Shown: piece by piece, positions 53,192 to 64,000 of the stretch
Position numbering within the stretch: position 1 is the stretch's first letter
Layout of the letters: each line of letters begins with the position of its first letter
Assembly (NCBI GenBank): GCA_951406725.2
Contig: OX597838.1
Location: 25,234,001-25,298,000, forward strand
DNA: 64,000 nt
Direction of reading: 5' to 3'
Source of the DNA: Octopus vulgaris
Taxonomy: Eukaryota
The notes under the pieces: generated by a model
Seen by the model: only the letters and a program-made list of their open reading frames with translations
Told to the model about the DNA's origin: nothing
The model's database searches: none
Program-made: the position numbers and the translations under genes

Positions 53192-54664
53192 TATATAAGT
53201 CAGTAAATATGTATGTATGTATAGAACAGGGGCTAGTGTATAACCTTATTTACTCATTGGACAGTAACCAGTCTATTCATTTATTTTGCCAAACTCCTAA
53301 ATAAATAATAAGCATTGGGGTCAATTCATTTGACTAAAAATTCTTCAAGACGGTGCCCCAGCATGGCCGCAATGTAATGACTGAAACAAGCAAAAGGTAA
53401 AAAGTAAAAAGGTGACAGTTATATATCAACACATGTGGTTATTATTTCAAGGAGTCCAGCCATGACCATTCCTTTCAAATTTTCAGATTTTCCACATGGT
53501 TTGCATGTTGATGATGAAAATCACGTTCTTCTTTTTTTTCATAAAATTTATGCTTTCAGACACAAGGCCAGGTGGAGGGAGCTCATTGATTATATCAACA
53601 CACATACATGACTGGTATTTTATATCATCTGGAAGGCGGAGAGCTGCCAGAATCATTGGCACACAGGGTGAAATAGTTAGCAGTATTTCATCTGCAGCAA
53701 CGTTCTGAGTTCAAATTCCGCCGAGGTTGACTTTGCCTTTCATTTTCTCGAGGTCAGTAAATTAAGTACCAGTCAAGTACTGGGGTCGATGTAATCGACT
53801 ATCCCCCTCCCCACAAATTCCAGGCCTTGTGCCTATAATAGAAAGGATTTTGTAGCATATGAAAAAACATTCGAGCGAGGTCATTGCCAATGCTGCTGGA
53901 CAGGCTCCTGTGCAGGTGGCACAAAAAAAACACCATTTGAGCATGGCTGTTGCCAGTACTGCCTGACTGGCCCTCATACCGGTGGCATGTAAAAGCACCC
54001 ACTACACTCTCGGAGTGGTTGGCTTTAGGAAGGGCATCCAACTGTAGAAACTCTGCCAGATCAGATTGGAGCCTGGTGCAGCCATCTGGTTTGTCAGTCC
54101 TCAATCAAATCGTCCAACCCATGCTAGCATGGAAAGCGGACGTTAAAAGATGATGATGATAATGATGGGCCGCATGGCTGCTTGAGCAGAAGACCCATCA
54201 AGCCAAGTAAAATTGTAATTGTCACAGATACCGGTGTCATGCAAATGGCACCCGTGTTGGTGGCATGTAAAAGCATTCATTACATTCTCAGAGTGGTTGC
54301 CATTAGGAAGGGCATCCAGCCATAGAAAACCATGCCAAGTCAGACTGGAGTCTGGTGCAGCCTTCCAGCTGGCCGGCCCTAGTCGAACCGTCCAGTTCAT
54401 ACCAGCATGGACAACAGATGTTATATGATGATGATGATGATGACCTCCAGATGGATGAGAGGTGAAGTTGACCTCAGAGAGATTTGAACTCGGAATGTTA
54501 AGAATCAGATGAAATACCACTAATCATTTTGACTGACATGATAACAATTCTGCCAGCTCACCACCTCTCTGGCTTCATGTATGTTAATAATCTTTTCTAC
54601 TGTAAGCACAACGTCTGAAATTTGAGGGGAGGCGGTATGTGGGTTACGTTAACCCCAGTGCTAA

Positions 54665-54995
54665 GCTGGTCATCATCATTGTTCGGTCCATCATGGCATT
54701 ACGGAGGTCCTGTTGCTGGATGCCTGTATCCCTGGAGATTACATCAGGGTAGGAGAGTGTGCACCCTCTGGTATTGCGAGTAGATGGCTTCCAGAGGAGA
54801 AGAGTAAAAATTACTTCTTTTTCAGCTCTACAACAATGTCCAGCAAACTGGACTCTCCTACCTTTCACAAGAGATGACACAGGTGGTAGTTTCCCATATA
54901 TTTGCATTTTGGTTGGATGGCGCTTCCACGAGAGATTTTGAGCTCTCATAAGGAGGCGAGTGTAGGTTCCATCCAACCGCCTCTCAAGCTTCTGT
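54665..54995 (-). mobile_element. RTE-like LINE C-terminal fragment (second family)
   Basis: DGTYTRLLMRAQNLSWKRH..RRVQFAGHCCR..AMMDR. Confidence 0.65.
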
Positions 54996-55164
54996 CACCA
55001 GAAGAATAAAAGGCAAAAGTTAACCTCACTGGAATTTGAACACTATGCCACTAAGCCTTTTGTCCAGTGCAGTATCGATTTTGCCAGCTTGCTGCCTTGA
55101 AATTAATTAAAAAATAAAACTTGAAAATGCATGCAGTCTTTGTTATAAGCATGCAAGACTACAT

Positions 55165-55593
55165 CTCTTTTACTTGTTTCAGTCATTTGACTACAGCAAT
55201 GCTGGAGCACCGCCTTTAGTTGAGCAAATCGACCCCAGGACTTATTCTTTGTAAGCCTAGTACTTATTCTATCAGTCTCTTTTGCCAAACTGCTAAGTGA
55301 CGGGGAAGTAAACACACCAGCATCGGTTGTCAAGCGACCTTGCGGGGACAAACACACACATACATATATATACGACGGGCTTCTTTCAGTTTCCGCCCAG
55401 CAAATCCAACATACACACACGCATATACACAACGAGCTTCTTTCAGTTTTCTTCTGCCAAATCCACTCACCAGGCTTTGGTCGGCCCAAGGCTATAGTAG
55501 AAGACACTTGCCCAAGGTACTACGCAGTGGAACTGAACCCAGAACCACGTGGATGATAAGCAAGCTACTTACCACACGGCCACACCTGCGCCT
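55165..55593 (-). mobile_element. SINE family A with internal ~60-bp duplication
   Basis: gcttctttcagttt..caaatcca occurs twice (55378, 55436). Other family A copies near 44190-44540, 46495-46680, 47408-47920 and 63185-63600. Confidence 0.75.
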
Positions 55594-56759
55594 ATAATAT
55601 AAATGATGAAAAACCTTAATCGATTTTCGAGTCTTATTGGGTTTTCACCAGAGTTGTCTATATCATTCTGACAATCTGCGTGGAAGATTAAAAAACAAAA
55701 ATCTGGCGTAAATTCGAAATACTTCAAATTGTTGGAAGAATTTAAAAAAAGATCCGATTATCCTCTGAATCTTTCCTTTCTAGAAACAGTAGGATATGAT
55801 TTGGAGAAATTTGGCAGCTATTTCTAGCAGATTGAATGCCTACGTAGAAGCTACCTCCTTAATTTGCGGCTCATTAAGACATCGACGTTGTTCGTTCACA
55901 AAACCCGAGATGTGGCCCGTATGTTTGTACAAGGACTAGAAAGGGTTCCCTTGGTGTCAAACAAAGACCAGTAGCTATTTGACATTAAACCAGGTGACAG
56001 ATTAATACTATCATCGGCTGGACTTCTATACAAGGTTTCTCTCAACTCGATTTCACTGACGAGGCCTTGGGGTTAACCTGTAACTTTGATAGAAGACAGT
56101 CCAACGAAGTCACTAACTCAATGAGATCGAATACGGAACGGGTTTATTGCAAAACCAACTTCTGAACCGACTTGCCATACTTGTGTCATTTTCTAGCATT
56201 TTGTGAATGTTTTCATTTTTTTTTTATTTCTAATGCCGATCCTAAATCGTTTTTCTTCTTTTGCAATAAAAAAAAAAGCAGTCCCATTTTCTCGTCGCGT
56301 TGCATTAAGTTGTTGAAGTTACCTCCCTTAGACCGATAGCAAAGTTGTCGCGAATAATATTTCTATTGGCATATTTACACAAGCGTGCCCCTACCTACCT
56401 TAACCGACTTTCCACATAATTTTCCTGAAAAATGGAAAGTTTTGAATGAAATATTCTACAAATACGCTTCTGATGGTGTAGATTCCGATTATAATGGAAT
56501 TTGTTGAAAAAAAAAATCTTTTCTAGGGGTGATGGTGGAGTTTGGAAAAAAATCACACGAGTCGGCTGTTTTCACTCAACTTTCAGAAAAATGGGGGTTT
56601 TTAATGAATTTTCTACAAATAGCTTTCAGATTGTGTAGATTACGATTATATCGGAATTTAATATGCAAAATGAAAATAATAATTCATGGGTTCGCACACA
56701 TACATAATGACACACGTCAAATATAGCTATTATGCTTGCTGTTGTATTTTCGCTCTCAT

Positions 56760-56882
56760 TTCTTCTTCTTCTTCTTCTTCTTCTTCTTCTTCTTCTTCTT
56801 CTTCTTCTTCTTCTTCTCCTTCTTCTTCTTCTTCTTCTTCTTCTTCTTCTTCTTCTTCTTCTTCTTCTTCTTCTTCTTCTTC
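56760..56882. repeat. (TTC)n microsatellite
   Basis: About 40 units with one interruption. Confidence 0.95.
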
Positions 56883-58510
56883 CAATCAGGACTCACGCCA
56901 TTAGCCACAAAGAATAATCTCTAAGCTACCACACGCGATAGACTGGCGGTGGCACGGGCGCGAAAGCTACGTTGTTATCCTCATTCCGTAAACTGTGGCT
57001 TTTTGACGGGTGGAGAGCTGAACCATCCTGGGGTACAGAGGATTCACAATCTAGACTAGGTTCTTCTACTTTGTGGCAGAAGTTGGAAGAAAGAGTGAGA
57101 GAAAGTTGTGGTGAAAGAGTACAGCGGGGTTCACCACGACCCACCCCCCGCCGGAGCCTCGTGGAGCTTAGGTGTTTTTACTCAATAAACACTCACAATG
57201 CCCTGTCTGGGAATCGAAACCGCGAGTCCACTACCCTAAACACTGGGCCTCCACATTGTTGCTGGTGTTACTGATTGTGGTTACTTTAGCTGCTGTTGTA
57301 ATGGTTATTTTGATTTCACGATTTAAACCCATTTTAGTCATGACTGGGAAAAACCTGTGATCAAAGACTTTCCAGCCGTGCCCATCTCGTCTGCTTTTAA
57401 AATCGATGTACTTATTATTAAGTATATCCGAATGCATTCCCGTCTATTTCTTGGGAAAGTGCGGTGTTTCTAATGACATTTTCTTGCTAATCGATTATCA
57501 ACTGTTTTGATTATCAACTCAAGTTTTGAGTTGATGATCAAAACAGAACCTGGAATTATTGGATCTTTTCCATTTGAACGGCAGTTTTCAATACAATTTC
57601 TAGTTAACTAAACACTTTTAAACTTCGTATACTGGTAGAATGTGTCAAAATAAAACATTTTTTTTCTCTTGGCTTTCTTGATAAAATTGTAATTTGTAAG
57701 TTTAACGTAGTTTAATTTTTCGAATTTTAACCAATCAATGGCCTCTATTGAGCTAAAATCATTTGCGATTGTAGTAACTGTAATGTAGCTGACCTTTTGC
57801 ATAAATTTTTTTAAAAAACGCTGGGAATGCTTTCGCTCAATAAACACACAAAACGCCCGGTCTGGGAATCGAAACTGCGATCCTCCGACCGCGAGTCCGC
57901 TGCTCTAACTACTGGGCCATTGCGCCTCCACACAGTGTAAAAATTTTTTTTTTTTTACTTTCGCCTAATTTCAGATATAAATGTAATCTACACCATTTCA
58001 AATATACTTGTAGATAAAAACGTCGGGGTGGAGTGGGGCACATTTGTGTAGTTATACTCTCAAAATCCACCCTTGACTGGTACTTTATTTTATCGACACC
58101 AAAACAGATGAAAAAATCTTGTAGAGCTCGGCTGGATTTGAACCCATAACATAAACAGCCGAAACAAATTCACCGAGAGATAATAATATCTCCACTTAAA
58201 ACGTGGATGTTTTGTTTGAACGAAGTAGTTACCATGAGAGAAACTCATATATTGGCGTTTGGTGCAAAATGCACTCTTATTTAACTGGGGATAATTACTA
58301 CTTCTGTTGCTAATATATATAAATTCATCAAGGTTGTTGCCAACGCCCTAACGATTCATTTGATTACGTCCCTTGGCAGTTGCGAACGGTTATTAGATTC
58401 GCATTGCCTTCTGGGACGAAAGTATAATCATTAATAATAGCCTTAAGTTTTTATTTTATGTTATAATTATAGTCTTGAATTTCACATCGGTAATTCTATC
58501 GTGAAACGAT

Positions 58511-58925
58511 GGATCTTTTCGGTTTGAACGGCAGTTTTTTAAAATAATTTCCACGAATCTAAACACTTTTAAACTTCGTATACTGGTAGAATGTGCTTAT
58601 AAAACATCTTTTTCTCTTGGCTTTATTGAGAAAATTCTATAGTTTGTAAGATATTTGTTGTTTTTTTTTCTTCTTCAATTTCTGCAATTTCGACCAATCA
58701 ATGAGGTGAAAAAATTCTGTGCCGTATGAATATGTCCCTCGTTTAAGAAACAGATGGGGTTCATTTATATTTCTGAAGAAAAAAAAAGATACCCTTCGCC
58801 CACCCCTAACTAACCCTGACCCTAAAACAGATTGAAATGCAATAGATCGATACTACGGTCATAATTATGGGTGACAATTTCATGTGACACCGCTAGAAAA
58901 AAACTGCCGTTCAAACCGAAAAGAT
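58511..58925. mobile_element. ~420-bp MITE with GGATCTTTTCGGTTTGAACGGCAGTTTT TIRs
   Basis: TIRs at both ends. Inverted copy at 61812-62237 and truncated copy from 57561. Confidence 0.8.
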
Positions 58926-61138
58926 TATAGAAAAAAGAAAGAGAGAAAATATTAAAAAAAAATTTATTTGCAGTCTTATTGTCACTCTCTCTCTCTCTCC
59001 TTCCTCTAACTCTTTTCACCCCCCCCATTTCTCTCTTTCTATTTTTATTTGTATATATTAAAGATAGCCATGTCTTCTTTTATTTCCATGCTCATGGGAA
59101 TATAAACATCGGTGTTTGACTGATAATTCATTATTCATCATCTCAAAAAAAAAAAAAAAAAAAAGCAAATGAAAGGTGAAGAGCCAACCCAAATCGAACT
59201 CAGAACATAAAAGACAGTGACTAAATAATACCATAAAACATTTTGTCTGAGCCTCTAACAACTCAACCATCTCCCCAGCATTTATATATAATCTAATATC
59301 GATTATTTGCTTTATACTAGCACAAGGTCATAGATTTCGATGTGGGGGGGGGGGGTCGGAGAATAAGCTCGGGGGTATCCTCGCTATTACGGTCCTAAAT
59401 CCAAATTGGTGTCTCAGTATGGTCCTGTATATCTATCCTATGTCTAGTTCGTTGTTGCTTAGTTATCTAGTGTTTCGCTAATTTTTTTTTTTAATGACGA
59501 ATATACTCGTTGTTGGGTGGATTCGAATCATTAACGGTGTTGAAAAAAAAGATTGCCTTGTGTTATTTATGTTCCAAGCTCAAATCCCATGGAGTCGAAA
59601 TTCGTCTTTCATCATTCTGGGGTTGATAAATAAAGCACTTGACACCAGGGTCGGTGTAACGAACTATATCTCTCCCTTCAGTTTATTCACCTAGGAGCTG
59701 CAAGTTCACGGTTTCGCTTTTTTTTTTAAAACTTCTTTGATTAAGGCGAACAAAATGCTTAGCGGCATTTCTTTCGGCCTTATCAAATTCCACCCTTTCG
59801 TGGTCGACGGTATAACTACCATTTAAGCGCTTGGGTCGATGTAATGGATTAGCCATCCCCTCCAGATTTCACGCTTCGTGTCTATATTAGAAAGGGTTAT
59901 TATTTTATCTTACTTTCACAATGAAGATTTTTCAGTTTCATTACTTGATTTAAAAGGTGATTGCACCCAGCAATTCGTGCCGTCAGTTATCAAAGAATTT
60001 AATAAGTTCAGATGTCCCACAATCGAAATTCGGACAAAGAATATTGAAAATAGTAGTGTATAAATAACTTTATGTTAAGGTACTCCCTCTCAGAAGGCAA
60101 ATTAATGGACCTGACATTCTTAGGAACTGAACGAGCTTCAATGGAACGGGAAAAAAACAGCGTTTCCATGTTTGACATAAGGCCATAATGTAATAGATAT
60201 GCCTCTAGGGGCTGGGGGCATATCTATTACATTGACTCGAGTGCTCAACTGGTGCTTGTTATCAACCCTTCGGCGTAATTTGAGTTCAGTGTGTAGCTAA
60301 CGATTCTACAGATCGCCGTCTTAGAAATGCACACTAAAAAAAAAAAAAAAGATAGAGACGTATGAAAAGATCGATTTGAATTCAGAAGCACAAGAGCAGG
60401 GTACCTATAATTGATTCTGCTGACCCATTACTCATATGGAACAATATACATTGCGGTATTACTTCCAGCTCTTTAAGTTCGAGTCCTGCTGAGACCAAGT
60501 TAGCTTTTCAACATTTCAGTCGGAATCGATAAAACAATGAACTGAGTTCGATGTGATCGGCCAACACCAACCTCCATTCAAGTTTGATGGTCTTGGGCCA
60601 AAATTAGAAACGACTATTTAACCCCATGATAACCGTGATCCTCAAGTCCTATATTTAAAGACGTTCAATTCACGCTTATTCTGTATTTTATTATTGTCAG
60701 AATTATGCCGTGTCCAAAAAAAATTCTTTTTTACAGATGGCAGGATTCGGTATTAAGGAGATTTGGCTGCTATTTGTAGCATCTCGAGGTTGCCTTTAGT
60801 CCGTACGACTTAATTGAACTTACATGGACGGAGAGCAGAAAGTCAACTAGGAGTCCACGTCAGCCCTGGTCGAGCTAATCAGTATATTAAAGACATTTTA
60901 GCCGTGACCATCCGGTCAATTTTTCTTCCAGTGCATCTAGAACCACATTTTTCAATGTGTCCAATGAAGAACAACAAAAAAAAAAGGCAATGTGATACGA
61001 GGGAGATTTGGTTGCTATTTCGAGCATCGTAAATCTCTTGGTTTAGTACGGGCGCAAAAATTTTCCACATTATTCGTCACAGTCTCGTGAGGTTCTATGT
61101 AGAGAATCGCGCGCATTTTTATAGAAAAAAAAGGGAGA

Positions 61139-61542
61139 ATGTATAAAAATATGATGGTTACTGGAAATACTGAAACGAAAACGAAATTCTTTTCGATATG
61201 TCAGAAAGGTGAAAATTCTTATATTTTAAAGGCATACATATTACGAGAAGATAAAAAAAAAACATTTAAGTAACTGATAAGTATTTAATTCGAAACAATA
61301 TTAAAAACACATTAATTTTAAAGATCTAATGCAGTATGAGTCAGTAATACTTTCATAAATTACGAGAGAAAAATCGTAACTAAGACATAATTAATTAGAA
61401 ACAGCATTAAAAAAAACATTAATTGTAATATGTAAATGATGTGTAAGATTCAGCAGGAATTTTAAAAAGATGCAAATAATAAACAATATTAATTTTTTTT
61501 TCGTTTCAGTATTTCAAGTAAGCCGTGATGTTTTTTATACAT
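61139..61542. mobile_element. AT-rich MITE-like element, ~40-bp imperfect TIRs
   Basis: atgtataaaaat..gaaatactgaaacgaaaa / ttttcgtttcagtatttc..tttttatacat. Confidence 0.5.
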
Positions 61543-61811
61543 ACTTCATAGTTTGACAATTAATATAAAATTATGTTACTTAATAGAGAGAAAATTATGA
61601 ATTCGACAGAATGCCTCATCGATAATTAAGGAATTTGATCGATAAAATTATAATCGGCATCGGAATAAATGTATGGCTATGATTTTCGTTTCAGATCTGT
61701 GATTTCAGGTTCAATCCTTCTACACAGTACGACACTTTGGGCATATCTTTTCTTTTTTTCTTTTCTGTCGGGTTGACTATTAAATTAGAAATAAAATTTT
61801 GCAGAGAAAAA

Positions 61812-62237
61812 GGATCTTTTCGGTTTGAACGGCAGTTTTTTCTAGCGGCGTCATATGAAATTGCCACCCATAATTATGACCGTAGTATCGATCTATTGCA
61901 TTTCAATCTGTTTTAGGGTTAGGGTTAGTTAGGGGTGGGGGGGGAAGGGTATCTTTTTTTCTTCACAAATGTAAATAAACCCAATCTGTTTCTTAAACGA
62001 GAGACATATTCATACGGCACAGAATGTTTTTTTACCTCAATGGACGTCATTGATTGGTTGAAATTGCAGAAATTGAAGAAGAAAAAAACAACAAATCTCT
62101 TACAAACCATAGAATTTTCTCAATAAAGCCAAGAGAAAAAGATGTTTTATAAACACGTTCTACCAGTATACGAAGTTTAAAATTTTTTAGTTACCTAGAA
62201 ATTATGTTAAAAACTGCCGTTCAAACCGAAAAGAACC
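61812..62237. mobile_element. Same MITE family, opposite orientation, 8-bp TSD (7/8 match)
   Basis: gagaaaaa|ggatcttttcgg..ccgaaaagaacc|aagaaaaa. Confidence 0.8.
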
Positions 62238-62809
62238 AAGAAAAATTTTGTGAAGACTTGTCGGAGAATCATTTCAATTCTTGTTTGGTAGATTTTTTTT
62301 TTTGTGACCCAGTTAACCACTCGGTGGTTAGAGCATCAGACTCACAATCATGAGGTAGTGAATTTCGATTCCTGAACAAGGCGATGTGTTGTGTTCTTGA
62401 GCAAGACACTTTATTTCACGTTGCTCCTGTTCGCTCAGCTGTAGAAATGATTTGTGACGTCACTGGTGCCAAACTGTATCAGCCTTTGCCTTTTCCTGGG
62501 ATAACATCAGTGGTGTGGAGAGGAGAGGAGGCATGGGCGACTACTGGTCTTCTATAAACAACTTTGCCCAGACTTGTGCCTTGGAGGGAAACTTTCTAGC
62601 TACAATCCCTGTGGTCATTCATGACCAACGCGGGTCTTTACCCTTTTTTAGTGATTGTAATTCCTTTGGTACCTTCAGTAGTATTCTTTCTGTCTGGCAA
62701 GCATTTTCTTACTCCCATCAGTAACAAAAGAAAAGGTCTTGAGCTGCTCCTGTTCCCCTGTGAAAATACAACACAGGAAAAACAATAACAAAAAGCAGAT
62801 AATTCAGTT

Positions 62810-63168
62810 CTATAATTCAGAGATGAGGAATTATGTACATTATTTACATTATTTACATTCGGCAGATATTTGTCCTCATCTTGTTTGTTGTTAACACAAC
62901 GTTTCGGCTGATATACCCTCCAGCCTCCAGCCCACAGGCATATGGCGTAGTAGCTAAGAACGTGGGCTACTAACCCCAAGATTCCGAGTTCGATTCCAAG
63001 TAGTGACCTGAACAACAACAATAATAATAATAACATCAAAAATACCGTAGGAATGAGAACCCAAGTTCGAAATTTCCCCAAGACACCTGAAGAAGGCTGG
63101 AGGGTATATCAGCTAAAACGTTGTGTTAACAACAAGATGAGGACAAATATCCATCTTAATGTAAATAA
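62810..63168 (+). mobile_element. tRNA-headed short retroelement with Penelope-like hammerhead tail and inverted 5' copy of the tail
   Basis: A box TGGCGTAGTAG (62943-62953), B box GAGTTCGATTCC (62986-62997), hammerhead-like motif 63082-63127. Segment 62810-62926 includes the reverse complement of 63094-63168. Confidence 0.6.
63082..63127 (+). ncRNA. Minimal type I hammerhead ribozyme motif (core mutated in this copy)
   Basis: gacac-CTGAAGA-A-ggctgg(agggtata)tcagc[cg>ta]AAA-CG-TT-gtgtt. The inverted copy at 62893-62926 preserves tcagccGAAACGTTgtgtt. Confidence 0.55.
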
Positions 63169-64000
63169 AGTATAAAAAACAGATATGTGTGGTAAGAATC
63201 TTGCTTCCCAACCACATGGCTCCAGGTTCAGTCCCATTGCATGGCAATTTGGGCAAGAGTCTTCTACTATAGTCTCAGGCTTACCAAAGCTTCATGAGTG
63301 GATTTGGTTGTTAGAAACTGAAAGAACCCCCGTTTTATATATATATATATATACATATATGTGTGTGTGTTTGTGCAGGTGCACATGTGTGTGTCTGTGT
63401 TTGTCCCCCACTGCTTGACAACTGGTGTTGGTGTGTTTACATCCCCATAACTTAGCAGTTCTGTAAAAAAAAAAACTGATAGAATAAATACGAAGCTAAA
63501 GAAAGAATTACTGGGGTCAATTCATTTAAGTTAAAATTCTTCAAGGTGGTGCCCCAGCATGGCCACAGTCTAATGACTGAAACAAGTGACAGACAAAAGA
63601 TTGATATTAAAGCAAACACACACACACACATTCATTACATAACAGAACACCTTAGGTATTTTAAAACCTGGCAATGCCCAACCCTTCTTAGATCTGACTT
63701 AAGTCAATTTGTTTCAGAAAGATAGATAGATAGAAAGAAAAGGCAAGGACATGAACTGGGCTCCAGTATATGACTGGTACTTTATATATTGACCCTGAAA
63801 GGATGAAAGGGCAAAGTAGATTTTGGTGGTATTTGAAATAAATATTGCAAAACTCTCAGTCTAATGCTTTAATGAGTCGGTCAATTTCCTGTTTGTAATT
63901 GATAATGAGTAATTAATTTCAGTTTTTGATAACAAGTTTGCATTCATTGTCATTATCTTCACCATTACCACTCAACAACCATGCATACTTGACTATAACT

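Noticed and set aside
56686-56924. Poly-Ser/Leu/Phe ORFs, and the many YIYI/CVCV ORFs elsewhere
   Set aside because: Microsatellite translations.

Overview
AT-rich, repeat-dense animal genomic DNA. The SINE, RTE and microsatellite landscape looks like a coleoid cephalopod, probably Octopus; this is an inference from repeat-family resemblance, not a database result. Three multi-exon genes were assembled by hand with GT-AG junctions and consistent phases. (1) A CDCA3/Tome-1-like gene (+, CDS 2100-7685, 3 exons, 450 aa). (2) A C1orf50/DUF2452-like gene (-, CDS 24343-12997, 5 exons, 201 aa). (3) Ran GTPase (-, CDS 34335-29736, 6 exons, 213 aa), with a probable promoter near 40.05 kb. The rest is tRNA-derived SINEs, RTE and CR1 LINE fragments, mariner remnants, several MITE families (GG..CC ends with 8-bp TSD; piggyBac-type TTAA), three minisatellites and many microsatellites. 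Most ORFs in the supplied track are repeat artefacts. The most unusual item is at about 62.8-63.2 kb. It is a tRNA-headed (Pol III A/B box) short element whose 3' tail carries a minimal hammerhead-ribozyme fold, preceded by an inverted partial copy of that tail. This suggests a Penelope-mobilised SINE/retrozyme; both hammerhead copies here are damaged. Also notable are SINE head/tail shuffling, a fold-back SINE dimer in the CDCA3 intron, nested MITEs in C1orf50 intron 1, and a 28-bp minisatellite with higher-order structure upstream of Ran.
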